Shown here in pieces: positions 1 through 11,842 of a DNA stretch of 20,000 bases. The stretch comes from Patellaria atrata CBS 101060 (lineage: Eukaryota). The notes under the pieces were generated by a model that saw only the letters and a program-made list of their open reading frames with translations, was not told where the DNA came from and ran no database searches. The position numbers and the translations under genes are program-made. Position 1 is the first letter of the stretch. Each line of letters begins with the position of its first letter. The stretch spans positions 986,675 to 1,006,674 of the forward strand of contig MU006092.1 in the NCBI GenBank assembly GCA_010093705.1. The letters run 5' to 3'.

Positions 1-53
1 CGACGACGCGCCCTTACAAATCCACGCCATTCCAATAGTCTCACCTCGTCGAA

Positions 54-836
54 ATGTCTTCAAAGAGAGGGTGAGTTATAATAAATCTATTCTTGGAGCA
101 CTTCTATGCTCCAAGCAAGGTTACAACGGTTTTCGGAACATCAGCTAACAGATCTCGAATATCAGTCGCGGTTCCACTTCTGGTAACAAGCTGAGGATGA
201 CACTCGGTCTCCCTGTGTATGTGTTACTTAAAATCCGACAAATTCATTGCCCCAGTCTCCATCAATTACCGGCCAAAATGCAGTATCTAACAATTCTCTC
301 AAAGTGGTGCCGTCATGAACTGCGCAGACAACTCCGGAGCACGAAATCTTTACGTTATCTCCGTCAAAGGCATCGGTGCGCGCCTCAACCGGCTCCCCGC
401 TGCTGGTGTTGGTGATATGGTGATGGCTACAGTCAAGAAGGGCAAGCCTGAGTTGAGAAAGAAGGTTATGCCGGCTGTGGTCGTCAGGCAAAGCAAACCG
501 TGGAGAAGGGCAGATGGCATATATCTTTACTTCGAGGACAACGCCGGTGTGGTGAGTAGCTTTCACTGTCTCCACAAATATACCGAACAGTAGGAATTTG
601 AAATGGGAGTAGTGGAAAAGCATATCATATAGAGAGTCATCAGAGAGCGAATTCGTTGCTAACGGAATATTTTAGATCGTTAACCCGAAGGGCGAGATGA
701 AGGGATCAGCTATTACAGGACCAGTGGGTAAAGAAGCCGCGGAGCTCTGGCCAGTACGTGCTGTCGCTTTCACTAGTGTGGACTCAGCTAACAATATCAT
801 CAGCGTATTGCCAGCAATTCTGGTGTCGTTATGTGA
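54..836 (+). CDS. RPL23: 60S ribosomal protein L23 (uL14); join(54..70,166..216,305..551,676..753,804..836), 141 aa
   Basis: Splicing at GT..AG introns with CTAAC branch points gives [141 protein letters not shown], a canonical uL14 sequence. Confidence 0.97.
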
Positions 837-1899
837 ACGGTGTTTTTCAGCCTTCTGTTCTTACTGCATTGGGATTGGGACTACGGGTGCGATTTCGGGG
901 TTCAGTAGTTGATACAAAAATACTCCAAATGAGGAAATGAATCACAACCGAATAATTGCGCATTGCTAAAACTATACCGGCGTTTGATCTTAGGAATCCA
1001 CCGTGAGTTCTATGAACATTGCGAGGGTAGATTCGCCCCGTGTCAAATCACAAATAGTTAGGCAATTTTAAAAATCATCGACCTGCATCGCGAACCATCA
1101 GTCTTTAGATGGAGCACACCAGCTATTCCACAGAGCTGGAGATATCCATATGGAATTCACAGATAAGATAACAGCGGACAATCTCATAGACCGAGCATTG
1201 GCTATGGAGGCAAAGTGCTCTAATCTGTGTCAACAGGCGGGTAAAAATGATGACAGACCAAAGCACGCCTGTTATACCCGTTTGACTCTACTTGTTTCGT
1301 ATGTACTGTTTACTGTAGATTGATCCTTGAACTTTAGCTTGATCTAGGTCGAAACATTGCATCATCTCCTGTCGCTTCGGTCGGCGTTAAGAGGGTCTAT
1401 GAATCTTTTCAAAGCCATTTCTCCTCAGGATTTGTACATGATCTTTAGAGCTATTCCGTGTGTATTTATGTTCAGATAAGTACCTTACGCCACCACTCAA
1501 AGGATTCCTGTACCTGGGTTTGTCTGCATGTGGGGAAAAGCTTCTGTTCCCGGCCAGGATCGCGGCGGAATAACCGCCTCATACCTCATATCTGACCTTC
1601 CTAATAGCGTTTAGTGGTTCTTAACGGACTTCCAATTCCAACCAGGCCGATATCATCAATATAATCAATCACCAATACATGCCGATAACACAAACAAGTC
1701 TTCCGCCTGCTTTCTAGCCACCATACCTAGTATCCAACATGCCGTCATTCCCTACCGCCTTAGCTTGCACAAGGATCCAACGTAGGTGAAGCTTCGCCGT
1801 AGCACAAGCTTTCTTTTATATCATGGGTAGCTGCTTCTCGGGTGTCCCCACCTCTGACGAAGTCGTACCGCTTCATTGTAACTTCATTTTCTGAGCGGA

Positions 1900-3839
1900 A
1901 TGGTAACTATGGCTCGGAGGTTGGGAGCATTGTTCGTATCGTTGTTGTTGTTGTTACAGCCGATATCAGCCCTTGGTCCTCCACAGCTTGCCCAAAAACG
2001 ATGGTTTCATGTAAAAGCTGCTCTATACCATTCTAGTAGAGCAATCGCTAATACTCTAATCAGACACAAAATCAGGAAGCGCATCGGTTACGTCGGCGAG
2101 AAGATGTAGACCCAGCACTGCTTTATCCAGCTTACAATCTCTCTGTCCCAATTGATCATTTCCATAATGATACTTTGTATGAACCGCATAGTAACGGCAC
2201 TTTCAATCTACGCTATTGGTTTGATGCAATCAACTATAAACCAGGTGGGCCTGTCGTCGTATTAGCATCTGGAGAGACATCGGGTGTAGGCCGATTACCG
2301 TGAGCTCATCCTTTCTCTTGTTTACTATTTCTACATCAGCACCCTTGAAAGTCATTTGTGCTAACATACGTCGTAGCTTTCTGCAGAAAGGCATAGTCTC
2401 CCAGCTGACTCAGGCAACTAACGGTTTGGGAGTTATTCTGGAGCACCGATATTACGGAACAAGCATACCGAATGAAGATCTTGAAGACCCGTACTCTACA
2501 GAAAATCTCCGCTTTTTAACGACAGATCAGGCTCTAGCTGATACAGCATACTGGATGAAAAATGTCAAGTTCGAAGGCATAGACGCAGACTTGACAGCTC
2601 CAGGTACGCCTTACATCCTTTACGGGGGTTCTTATGCGGGTGGTTTCGTAGCCTTCATGCGGAAACTGTACCCTGATATCACTTGGGGTGCTATTTCTTC
2701 TTCCGGAGTAACAGAAGCTATCTGGGATTATTGGGAGTACTATTCCCCTCATGCAGAGTATGGACCTCCTGCATGTATCAGCAACACCCAAGATTTCACC
2801 GCCATTGTGGACAATATCTTGATCGACGAGAGCAACAGTGCTTACGTTCAGCCTCTCAAAGAAGCTTTCGGTATTGGAAATCTAACCCACAATGATGATT
2901 TTGCCTATGTCATTAGCTGGGGCATTGGAGGCTGGCAGGGCAGAAATTGGGATCCAGAAATCAACGACCCCAGCTTCGATTACTACTGTAACAACATTAC
3001 CTCCTCGGAACTCCTCTACCCAGAACTCAAAAGTTCCGCGTCCAACGTCTCTACTCTCATTTCTGCCGGTGGAGGCGACACAGCTCTCACAACCCAGTTC
3101 CTAAACTACATCGGCTACGTGAACGCCACCGTAACCGGCGGCTGCGAATACACAGACGACCAATGCTTCTCCTTCTACAATGCTTCTCTTCACACCGACA
3201 GCGGCCAAGCTCGCAGCTGGCCATACCAATACTGCACCCAGTAACCCCCCCTCCCCCCCCAAAAAAAAAAAAAAAATTCCCCAACCCACACTAACACCCA
3301 CAGATGGGGTTACCTCCAAACCGGCAGCGGCGTCCCCGCCGGCCAAAAACCCCTCATATCCCGCCTCATCGACCTCCCTTACACCTCTCTCCCCTGCAGT
3401 TTGGGTTTCAACATCACTACGCCCCCTAACATCACCGCCATCAACAAGTACGGCGGCCTCGAGATCCGATACCCGCGGCTCGCGTTCGTAGACGGCGAAG
3501 TCGATCCTTGGCGCCCTGTTGGCCCGCACGGGAAGAACGCAACGGATCGGATCAGCACGGCGAGTGAGCCGTTCGTGCTGATTGAGGACGCGGTGCATCA
3601 CTGGGACGAGAATGGGGTTTTTGCGAATGAGACGACGGCGGAGAGGCCGCCGCTCGCGGTGAGGGATGCACAGGCCTTGGAGAGGATGTTTGTGGAGGCT
3701 TGGTTGTTGGGTATGTGATTTTTTCGTTTTCTTTTTACCCTCCCTCCCGTCGGATCTGTGAGCGGAGTTTGCTGACGAAGATGTAGAGTGGGATTTGCAT
3801 TGTCTCGTTGCGCCGGAGGAGTGTACGATTGCATCGTAG
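1900..3839 (+). CDS. Secreted serine peptidase, family S28 (extracellular serine carboxypeptidase-like); join(1900..2010,2064..2299,2377..3240,3304..3710,3787..3839), ~556 aa (start may be ATG 1909)
   Basis: Signal peptide (MARRLGALFVSLLLLLQPISA); S28 motifs VPIDHF, RYWFDA..YKPGGPV, LEHRYYGTS, LRFLTTDQALAD, nucleophile GGSYAG, RSWPYQYCTQWGYLQ, DGEVDPW (Asp) and AVHHWD (His). All four introns have GT, a branch point and AG, and keep the frame. Confidence 0.92.
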
Positions 3840-4769
3840 TTTCGTAAAGGTGGAAGAGAAGTTGGTGTGGTATATATGTGCGGTGCAATCAGTTGGATGA
3901 AATGGAATGGAAATGAAATAAGATGCTTCATAATGATCCTTCTTCGCTTCTTGGTCGAATCCCAAACATATCTTTTCATCCCGCTTTGCAAATGCCTTGG
4001 TTGAATATAGTCTCCCCCCTCCGCTCGAGAGTCACCTCTGATACCGGATACCGAATATGCAGGAAACAACCAAGGTATCAATCTCACCTACTAGTTTTAC
4101 CCTCAAACATATCGCAGCGGAAGTAGCTCAGAGCGTTAAATCTGTCGTGACCTTGCCCCCTTTCCTTTTTTTTTTTTTAAAAAAATATATATATATATAG
4201 GTCTCCATATTAAGTTTGGCGTACCCACGCTTCTAACCGCAACAGATCCAAACAGTATTGACCCCTTTACTTTGCATTCAGGGGAGGGATGGAACGGTAT
4301 CGCTTAGTTGCGATGAGAGTCACGGGACCAAAACGGGGAAAGGGGATATTGAAAGGGGGAAATGTAGTGCAGATAGCTGCTGCTGCTAGGTAGATGGTGA
4401 TGGGTAGGTACTTGTGTTTCGTACCTACACCTGGGAGTGAGGATATGTGAGGTCCCATAGGATGTGAAATTGGTAGGGTGTTCGGTGCTGCTTGCTGGGT
4501 TCAAAATTAAACTGGATGAACAAGGTGGCGCGATGGGACTGAGAGTGGAAAGGTACCTGATTGTTAGGTTTCATGCTTTTGGTATGAATATCGTATTGGG
4601 GTATCTTATCTATTCATCTATTTGCTCTCCTCCACTTCTTTCAGTAGTCCCGTCTTCGAAACGGGGGTTATCCACAACCCTTGCGCAACGAATCCTCTTA
4701 AACCTCTTATTCACGATCCGCAACTTTTCCCCCCTCATAGCCCTCATCGCAGTATCTATTCCCATACCC

Positions 4770-5789
4770 CTAAAACCAGGCCAGCGTCCACAAAGCCGGC
4801 AAAGCCGGCCACCTCTCCTGCCACTCCCCCAAAATTTCCGGCACACGCTCATCAAACCCCACCCTCGCCTCCACCCTCCCCTCATCAAACCCCCTCTCCC
4901 CACTCTTCTCCCTCTCCAGCGCCGCCGCCTCATTAAGCCTCGCCGCGAGGTCCAAGATCGCCTTCCCGCCCACAAGCGCCTCCTCATGATTATCCTTTAT
5001 ATCGACATTAAAAACATGCACGGGCCGATTCAGCGGCGCACCGCGATGATGCAGATCCTCGACCACGGCGTCCCAGCAGCGTTCCTCGCACGTAATCACG
5101 ACATCGACGACGCCGGCTTCGGTCCCCTTGGCGCCTTTGTCGTCTTTGAAGCGCTCGCCGCCGCCCGAGGCGGCTTTGCTGATGCGGGGGACGCCGATGC
5201 GCCAGTCTTGCCACCGCTCGGGGCCCCATTTGATGTTGCGGTTGCGGTCGAGCATGTTGAGGAGACCGTTGGCGCGGTAGAGTTTCGGGTCTTTAGAGAA
5301 GAGCTCTTCATACATGGAGTTATAGGAGACGCTGTTGAAGGGGTACACGTTCGGTTGGGATATCGAGGGCCCGGGGAGGCGGACGAGGGAGCCGGTGCCG
5401 AAGGAGAGGGTGGGGAAGAGGGAGGAGAGTTGGAGGTGCGCTTCCATTGAGCTGAGAGGGGGTTAGCGGGGATGTTGTGGGGGGCGAGAGAGTGGGGGAT
5501 GGAGGAGATGGAGGAGATGGAGGGGATGGAGAGGATGGAGGGGATGGAGGGGATGGAGGGGATGGAGAGAGGTTTACCGGTTCTGATTGCTGGCGCATAC
5601 GGTGCAGAATTTTAGCTTAAAGGAATCGGAGTCTTGGACTGGTCCGCCTTGAGCTCCGCCATCCTGTGCGCCGTCCATACCCGTTGCTGTGTTGTCGGGC
5701 ATCGATTCTGTTGGCGGAGGTGGTGGAGGTGGTGGAGGGACTTGTGCTGAGGTAGCGCGCGAACGGGCGAGTCGGGGGTCTGTCGACAT
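4770..5789 (-). CDS. SSU72: RNA polymerase II CTD phosphatase Ssu72; complement(join(4770..5451,5578..5789)), ~297 aa
   Basis: Exon 1 ends [14 protein letters not shown] and exon 2 begins SMEAH, restoring the CX5R motif CASNQNRS. Downstream [42 protein letters not shown] and [16 protein letters not shown] are typical of Ssu72. The intron has a GTAAAC donor, GCTAAC branch and CAG acceptor. Confidence 0.95.
5494..5568. repeat. 9-bp tandem repeat (GGRGATGGA)n, ~8 copies, inside the SSU72 intron
   Basis: Directly visible: gggatggaggagatggaggagatggaggggatggagaggatggaggggatgg... Confidence 0.9.
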
Positions 5790-8780
5790 TATAAAGAATG
5801 TGGAAGGAGCGTATTGGGACGAGAAGCAAGGGGGGATGGGATGTTGTCGGGGGCGGTCAAAGAATGGAGTATGAAATTATCGAGTGCGGATCGGTAGACC
5901 TGCTTAATGCCTATATAACCCATCTATCGTTAGAATACGTCTTTCACGAAGTTTATGCTAACTATATATATCTACGCAGAACAATGGGTAGTGGCCGGGG
6001 GGAAGCTCTTCAGATAATTTGCGTATTCGGTACAGTTTTATCCTCATTCCAAGTGGACATAGGACAGCTCCAATAATTGTTGATTCATCATAATATACCC
6101 AATGATACCGGCTTATTCAAATAGTGCTACAGGAGATTCACGTACCGAGAGGAGAGAGAGAGAAGGTGAGGGTACCTTAAGGTATAAATGGTCGTGATGA
6201 GGTTGTATGTGTCAAGTTGAGGAAGCTGCAATTGTGCTGCACGGACTTGAACGGGAGAGCTTCGGTTGTTGATCAGGTTTTAAACAGAACTCTATCATCA
6301 CCACCAGCTCACAAGAACACCATCTCATTGTCCCGTCAAGCTTCAACGAGTTAGTAGCACAGTAAAATCTCACTCTCACGCATCATAACAGCATAGCCTC
6401 GAACTACAAGGCAAATGCATGACCTCTATGCTCCAAAATATAAGCTTCCCATTCGATTGGGGGTAATGTGGACAATATATAGAGTAGTCCTTTATTATCC
6501 CCTCTCCCAGCTACCCTTAAATCAGTGGATAGCATCAAGAGAGAGTCTATACAGCTCTCTTGTCCCACGATGCTGCTTCCAGCGGCTCACGTAGATACAT
6601 AAGCCGCAAGGCATTCATCTCGTCTTTGGGTTCAATAAGCCTTCGAAACCCTTCCATTCAACTTGCTGTCATTGTGATGTGGACTTCCATCTGGATTCCT
6701 ACAAACTTTGGTGGTGATGCTCGTGTGACTACTCATTAGTATGAAAATAGGGTGGTGAGGGGTAGCTAAAGTTATTCTGTACATCATGTTTCAGAATCAC
6801 CGCTATCCGAGATCTGAGACTCGCTGATGAGGTAATAATAGGTGGGTGTACTGGTAGTAAGTGGGTTACGCAGGCGTTCTGGAAGTCAACAGGGCGCACT
6901 CTCTCCTGAACTCTCGCAAGATATAGCAAGGGGTATCTCAACTCTGACAAGTCACACCCTGGGATGAGCGCGATCGTACTTACGATGGCCTGAGAGAACG
7001 ACTTCACACTTCAGAAATCGGTGATGATGCTGAAAGTAGTCATACCGGCCTGTGTCCATTATTCTAGTCCATCCTTCAAACTACTGTAGAACTAAGGAGC
7101 CATACGGTAGTCGGTAAAACTTGAAGGAAAGAATTTTCTAGTTGCACCAGCATATCCTATTTCGGATTTCGGCTGGTCAAGCTTTTCAGAAGCGGAATCT
7201 GCCAATTTGAGTCAGTGAAGCACCGTAGTGGACGTTTGCTCGCGTGTCTTGTGGGTTTGATAGATCCGACGGACGAGTTCTGGCTTTTTGATGTCTACAA
7301 AAAGCTGGGAATACGTAGTCGAGGGATTTCAACAAATGGAAACCTCGGTGATCTATTGGCTTCAGCTACGTTCACGTGGTAGAAGATTCAACGGACACCT
7401 GACCGAGATCCTGCTCCAGCAAAGGAACGCAGCTTCATCTTGCATCTTCTGATCTCGAAAGGTTCTTTTTTGGTGTGTCCTGTCAACCAGCAAGCGCCGA
7501 AATACGAAGGACTTGTAACCCCACACAAAGTTGCCTTCAATCCTTCAACGCCAACCAATCAAGGCGAGATTCGAATGGGGAGCCGAGGAATGAATGACAA
7601 GGGCGGCGTCCCCGGACTGGGTCACGGAATGCACTCCATCAGAGCTCGTGGCGTTTGCGGCCATACTGATAACGGAAACAATCACCGCTTGACGTGCTAT
7701 GCTTGTTCAAAGTAGCATCGTGAGTTTTATTCTTGACCGCAAAAGACGATGTTTGGAATTTTCCATCAGAGCTTGTAAAGACGTGGTGAATGTGTCATTA
7801 TCCTTCGGGACGCGACAAGACAGCTTCAACCTACGGCGACCAAAGACTGGGGATCCTGGATCTAACCCGAGTGTTCTCGAGCAACATAAGCGCAATTCAG
7901 CCGCTTCTCTGTACACCCGCCGACACCCTAGACATTAATGGTGTAATATAGAGAATCCCAATTTCGGGGTTCAACTCGAACAGATGCATAAGGTCCCCGG
8001 CCGACGAGTTTCTAGATTTCCACGTATCTGTCCCAGGAAGTTCAACGAAACTCACCCAACACATGCCTTTTCCATCCCACAATTCCACAAAAACAGCTGA
8101 GTGAGACGGAAGTGAGGTCGGAGTAAGGTATCAAATAAACAGCGGGATAGCGTTACATACGTACGTGGTGTTACGACAAGCTTTAGTTTGCTTTTCGCGC
8201 CTCAAGCCTTCTTCGGGTGCTTGCGTCTTTTAAGAACACCACCAGCATCAACCAGTGCCAGCCACTCAACTTCTTTCTACTCTTGGCGATATAATGAGGA
8301 GGCGCTAATTCGAGTCCATCATGAATCTTGCATACTTTTTGCTGCCAAATCGCGGAGAAGCAAACGGCAGAACTACATGTCTGACCAATCGTGACCTTTT
8401 TGCTGTTCGGTGGCGCCCCGCAAAGTGAGCAAGTCTGACCGTTGCGGTTACACTTTGAGGGCGCATCGTGGACAAGACGGAAAGAAAGGCAAGTACCGCA
8501 CAGCAGAGCTGTAAGAGAGAGTGACTCGTAAAAGCTTGAAGAGGTGCTTCTATTGGCTTTTTTTTTTCACGCCACTTCGTTTTGGGACGGATATCAGCGG
8601 TCTGCCTTCCATCTTGACCTTCCACTATGGTCATCAGTTCATCATGCACCACCAGTTTCTTCTGAGCGAAGAAACTCCGGCACGGCGTTGACGGGAGATG
8701 GATTTTAGTGTGCGGTACATTCATCGGTATATTCGGTAGAGCGTAGTGGTGAAGAAGTTTGATAAGTGGTACTGTTTGAA

Positions 8781-8845
8781 GATTCAGTAGGTAGATTCAG
8801 TAGGTAGATTCAGTAGGTAGATTCAGTAGGTAGATTCGGTAGGTA
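8781..8845. repeat. 13-bp minisatellite (GATTCAGTAGGTA) x5
   Basis: Four exact copies plus one with A>G (GATTCGGTAGGTA), followed by a degenerate partial copy. Confidence 0.95.
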
Positions 8846-9255
8846 GAGTCAGGTTAACAAGTTAACAATTAGCAGAGGAAAACCCGAATGGAAGGTAACA
8901 GCGGAGGCGATACTTGATCTGGTAGGCGGAGGACGGAGATGCATGTCGTAATTGGGTTTGGTCCAAGTGTTGGAGAAAGATGGAAGGCGTGAAGGATGCC
9001 GCACCGTCGCATGTCCATAAGAGTTTTACTGGGGTTCATCTTTCACAACTTCAAGATGTATCTCTCCACTCCAGATTTGAATTGATTTCAGTGGCCAACC
9101 CATCCCGTACCGTACCCTTATGGGGTTTATGGTATGCTTTGCGTGTGCCAACCAACCCCCGTAAAAATCAACAGTGTGTTGAATGAGCTTTGACGTTCCT
9201 CTGGCATCTCTACGGGCTGGCTGGTTCTACTGGTTGATCAGTGCCCTACACGCTG

Positions 9256-9311
9256 GCCCATCTCGCCCATCTATCTCGCCCATCTCGCCCATCTCGCCCA
9301 TCTCGCCCATC
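9256..9311. repeat. 9-bp tandem repeat (GCCCATCTC)n, ~6 copies
   Basis: gcccatctcgcccatctatctcgcccatctcgcccatctcgcccatctcgcccatc is directly visible. Confidence 0.9.
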
Positions 9312-9920
9312 TTGGAGTTACAGTAGTTACTCTGGACTCGGAGCAATCACATGGGGAGATGGAATTACTTCGCATTTCAAGTTAGTAAAAGGTAGATTAC
9401 TGTACATTTCAGAGGCAATACTCCTAACCAACATGGTCTTACGGTCTTGGATTGACGAGCTAACCATAGTTCGAGTAACCGGGGCTTTGTTCTTCTGTAC
9501 TTTCTTACCGTTGCAAGCGTCCAACCACCATGGCTCAAACAAAGAAGTTACAAGGGCATCATCTCTAAAATCGCCGCACTAGAACAATTCCATACCACAC
9601 GATGGGTCAGGTCGTGATGCATCAGATGCAGGTCATGGGCCTCATGGGCACCTTCCTCTCCCCTCCCCCAGCTTGAACCCCCAGTATCACCCAGCCCATT
9701 GCTCCAGGTATAACTACCTCCCCTGACCCCCGCAAATCTCACAACCTTTCATTTATCTCTTTGTGTCCTTTCTTTTAAACTCTGCCAGTCTTCATATACA
9801 AGCAGAGGGTAGGGTAGCTTTCTCTCCTTTTACCTCTCCTCAATCCCCCCATTGTTTGGACGACAAACATCCCATCCCATCCCATCCTTCCATCTACTCA
9901 AAGAGCTCCAATCCGACAAC

Positions 9921-11594
9921 ATGCCTGGTGGACCAGTTCTGGTCGCCGCGACCGACGCGACTCGCGTTGAGGCGCCGGTCACCCTCAAAGCATACCTTAT
10001 GTGTGCTTTCGCTGCCTTTGGCGGTATCTTCTTCGGTTATGACTCTGGATACATCAATGGTGTCCTCGCGATGGAATATGTTGTCCACAAGTACACCGGT
10101 TTGGATCCTGAGACCACCGCCGATGATGATTTCGTTCTTCCCTCATGGCAAAAATCTCTCATCGTCTCTATCCTCTCTCTCGGTACCTTCTTCGGCGCCA
10201 TCATTGCTGGTGATTGCGCAGACTTCATCGGTCGTCGTACCACCGTCATCACCGGTTGCTTCATCTTTTGCATCGGTGTCGTCATGCAGACTGCTTCCAC
10301 AGAGTACAAGCTTCTCGTTGCCGGTCGTGCTATTGCCGGTATTGGTGTCGGTTTCGTCTCCGCCATCATCATCCTCTACATGTCAGAAATCGCGCCAAAG
10401 AAGGTTCGTGGTGCCATCGTTTCTGGATATCAATTCTGCATCACCATCGGTCTACTCCTGGCTTCCTGCGTCGATTATGGCACCGAGGACTACGATACCA
10501 CCGCATCTTACCGCATTCCTATTGCTCTCCAAATGCTCTGGGCCATCATCCTTGCCGTTGGCTTGTTCTTCCTCCCTGAATCTCCCCGTTACTTCGTCAA
10601 GCGTGGAAATCTCGACAAGGCCGCCGAGGTTCTTGCGAGACTTCGAGGTCAATCACGTGACTCCGAGTATATTCAGATGGAATTGGCTGAAATCGTTGCC
10701 AACCATGAGTATGAGCTTCAAGTCATCCCTCAAGGCAGCTATATCAACAGCTGGGCGCAATGTTTCAAGGGCAGTCTCTGGAAGCCCAACAGCAATCTTC
10801 GCCGTACCATTCTTGGAACTTCCCTTCAAATGATGCAGCAGTGGACTGGTGTAAACTTCGTCTTCTACTTTGGGACCAGTTTCTTCGATGATCTGGGAAC
10901 CATCGACGACCCCTTCCTTATCTCCCTAATCACCACCCTCGTCAACGTGCTCTCTACCCCTATCTCCTTCTGGACCATTGAGAAGTTCGGTCGTCGCCCA
11001 CTTCTTATCTGGGGTGCTCTCGGTATGGTTATCTGCCAGTTCATCGTCGCCATCGTTGGTGTTACCACCGATAATGACTCCTCCACAAAGGCTATGATCG
11101 CCTTCATCTGTATCTACATCTTCTTCTTCGCCTCCACCTGGGGTCCCGGTGCTTGGGTCGTCATCGGCGAGATTTTCCCTCTCCCCATCCGTTCCCGCGG
11201 TGTCGGTCTCTCCACCGCCTCCAACTGGCTCTGGAACTGCGTAAGTCCCAATCTCACATTTCCCAAATCGACTCTCAGCTAACAAACTCGCCAGATCATC
11301 GCTGTCATCACCCCCTACATGGTCGGTACCGACAAGGGTAACCTCGGACCTCGCGTCTTCTTCATCTGGGGCTCTCTCTGCGCCGTCTGCTTCGTCTACG
11401 CGTACTTCCTCGTCTACGAGACTAAGGGTCTCACCCTCGAGCAAGTCGATCGCCTCATGGAGGAGACCACCCCCCGCACTTCGAGCAAGTGGGTACCGCA
11501 CAGCACCTACGCCTCCGAGATGGGTCTCACCGAGAAGGGAACCTTGCAACCCGAAGTCATCGACGACGTCGTGCGCAGGGGTTCCGCGGTATAG
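9921..11594 (+). CDS. mstA: MFS sugar porter, high-affinity monosaccharide/H+ symporter similar to Aspergillus MstA; join(9921..11240,11295..11594), 539 aa
   Basis: N-terminus RVEAPVTLKAYLMCAFAAFGGIFFGYDSG; sugar-porter signatures DFIGRR, YMSEIAPKKVRG, PESPR, QQWTGVNFVFYF, EKFGRR, GEIFPLPIRSRG and YETKGLTLEQ. One intron (GTAAGT..GCTAAC..CAG) joins WLWNC to IIAVITPYMV. The MstA likeness is from recall, and orthology is untested. Confidence 0.9.
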
Positions 11595-11842
11595 AGTCCC
11601 TCTGTCTCGGGTTCAGGATGTGAAGTAGTGCGAACGCGTTATATACCATTGATTCTGGGGATTAGGATGTAGGGGTGTTTTTTGTGTCATTTATGAAGCC
11701 ATATATTTTGCATAATATGAGAGATATAAAGTTTTTGCATCGTGGTCTTGATTATCGTTACTTTTGCGCTCTGTCTGGTTCCTCATCATTTGCATCGCGT
11801 GTATAACTCTTGTTGCTACCGTATGTTTTTTAAGGTTCACAA

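Larger units (their letters stand above)
8416..9737. promoter_or_regulatory. Cluster of putative CreA/Mig1 carbon-catabolite repression sites (SYGGRG) upstream of the sugar transporter
   Basis: Matches on either strand at about 8416, 8901, 8926, 9029, 9064, 9069, 9666, 9679, 9702 and 9728; the last reads ATTTGCGGGG on the minus strand (Mig1-like with AT flank). The motif is short, so some hits are chance. Confidence 0.45.

Noticed and set aside
1072..1323. Short open frame (57 aa from ATG 1150) downstream of RPL23
   Set aside because: No recognisable homology or supporting splice structure.
3101..4087. 328-aa minus-strand ORF
   Set aside because: Antisense to the S28 peptidase, running through its introns and homopolymers; low complexity.
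4464..5450. 328-aa plus-strand ORF
   Set aside because: Antisense shadow of SSU72 exon 2, with no recognisable domain.
6825..6832. CTGATGAG hammerhead-like core
   Set aside because: No downstream stem II followed by GAAA.
1247..7027. Box C-like RTGATGA motifs at about 1247, 6194 and 7021
   Set aside because: No suitably spaced box D (CTGA) or terminal stem, so no snoRNA call.
9763..10833. 356-aa Ser/Pro-rich ORF and other overlapping ORFs
   Set aside because: Alternative-frame artefacts of the codon-biased transporter CDS.
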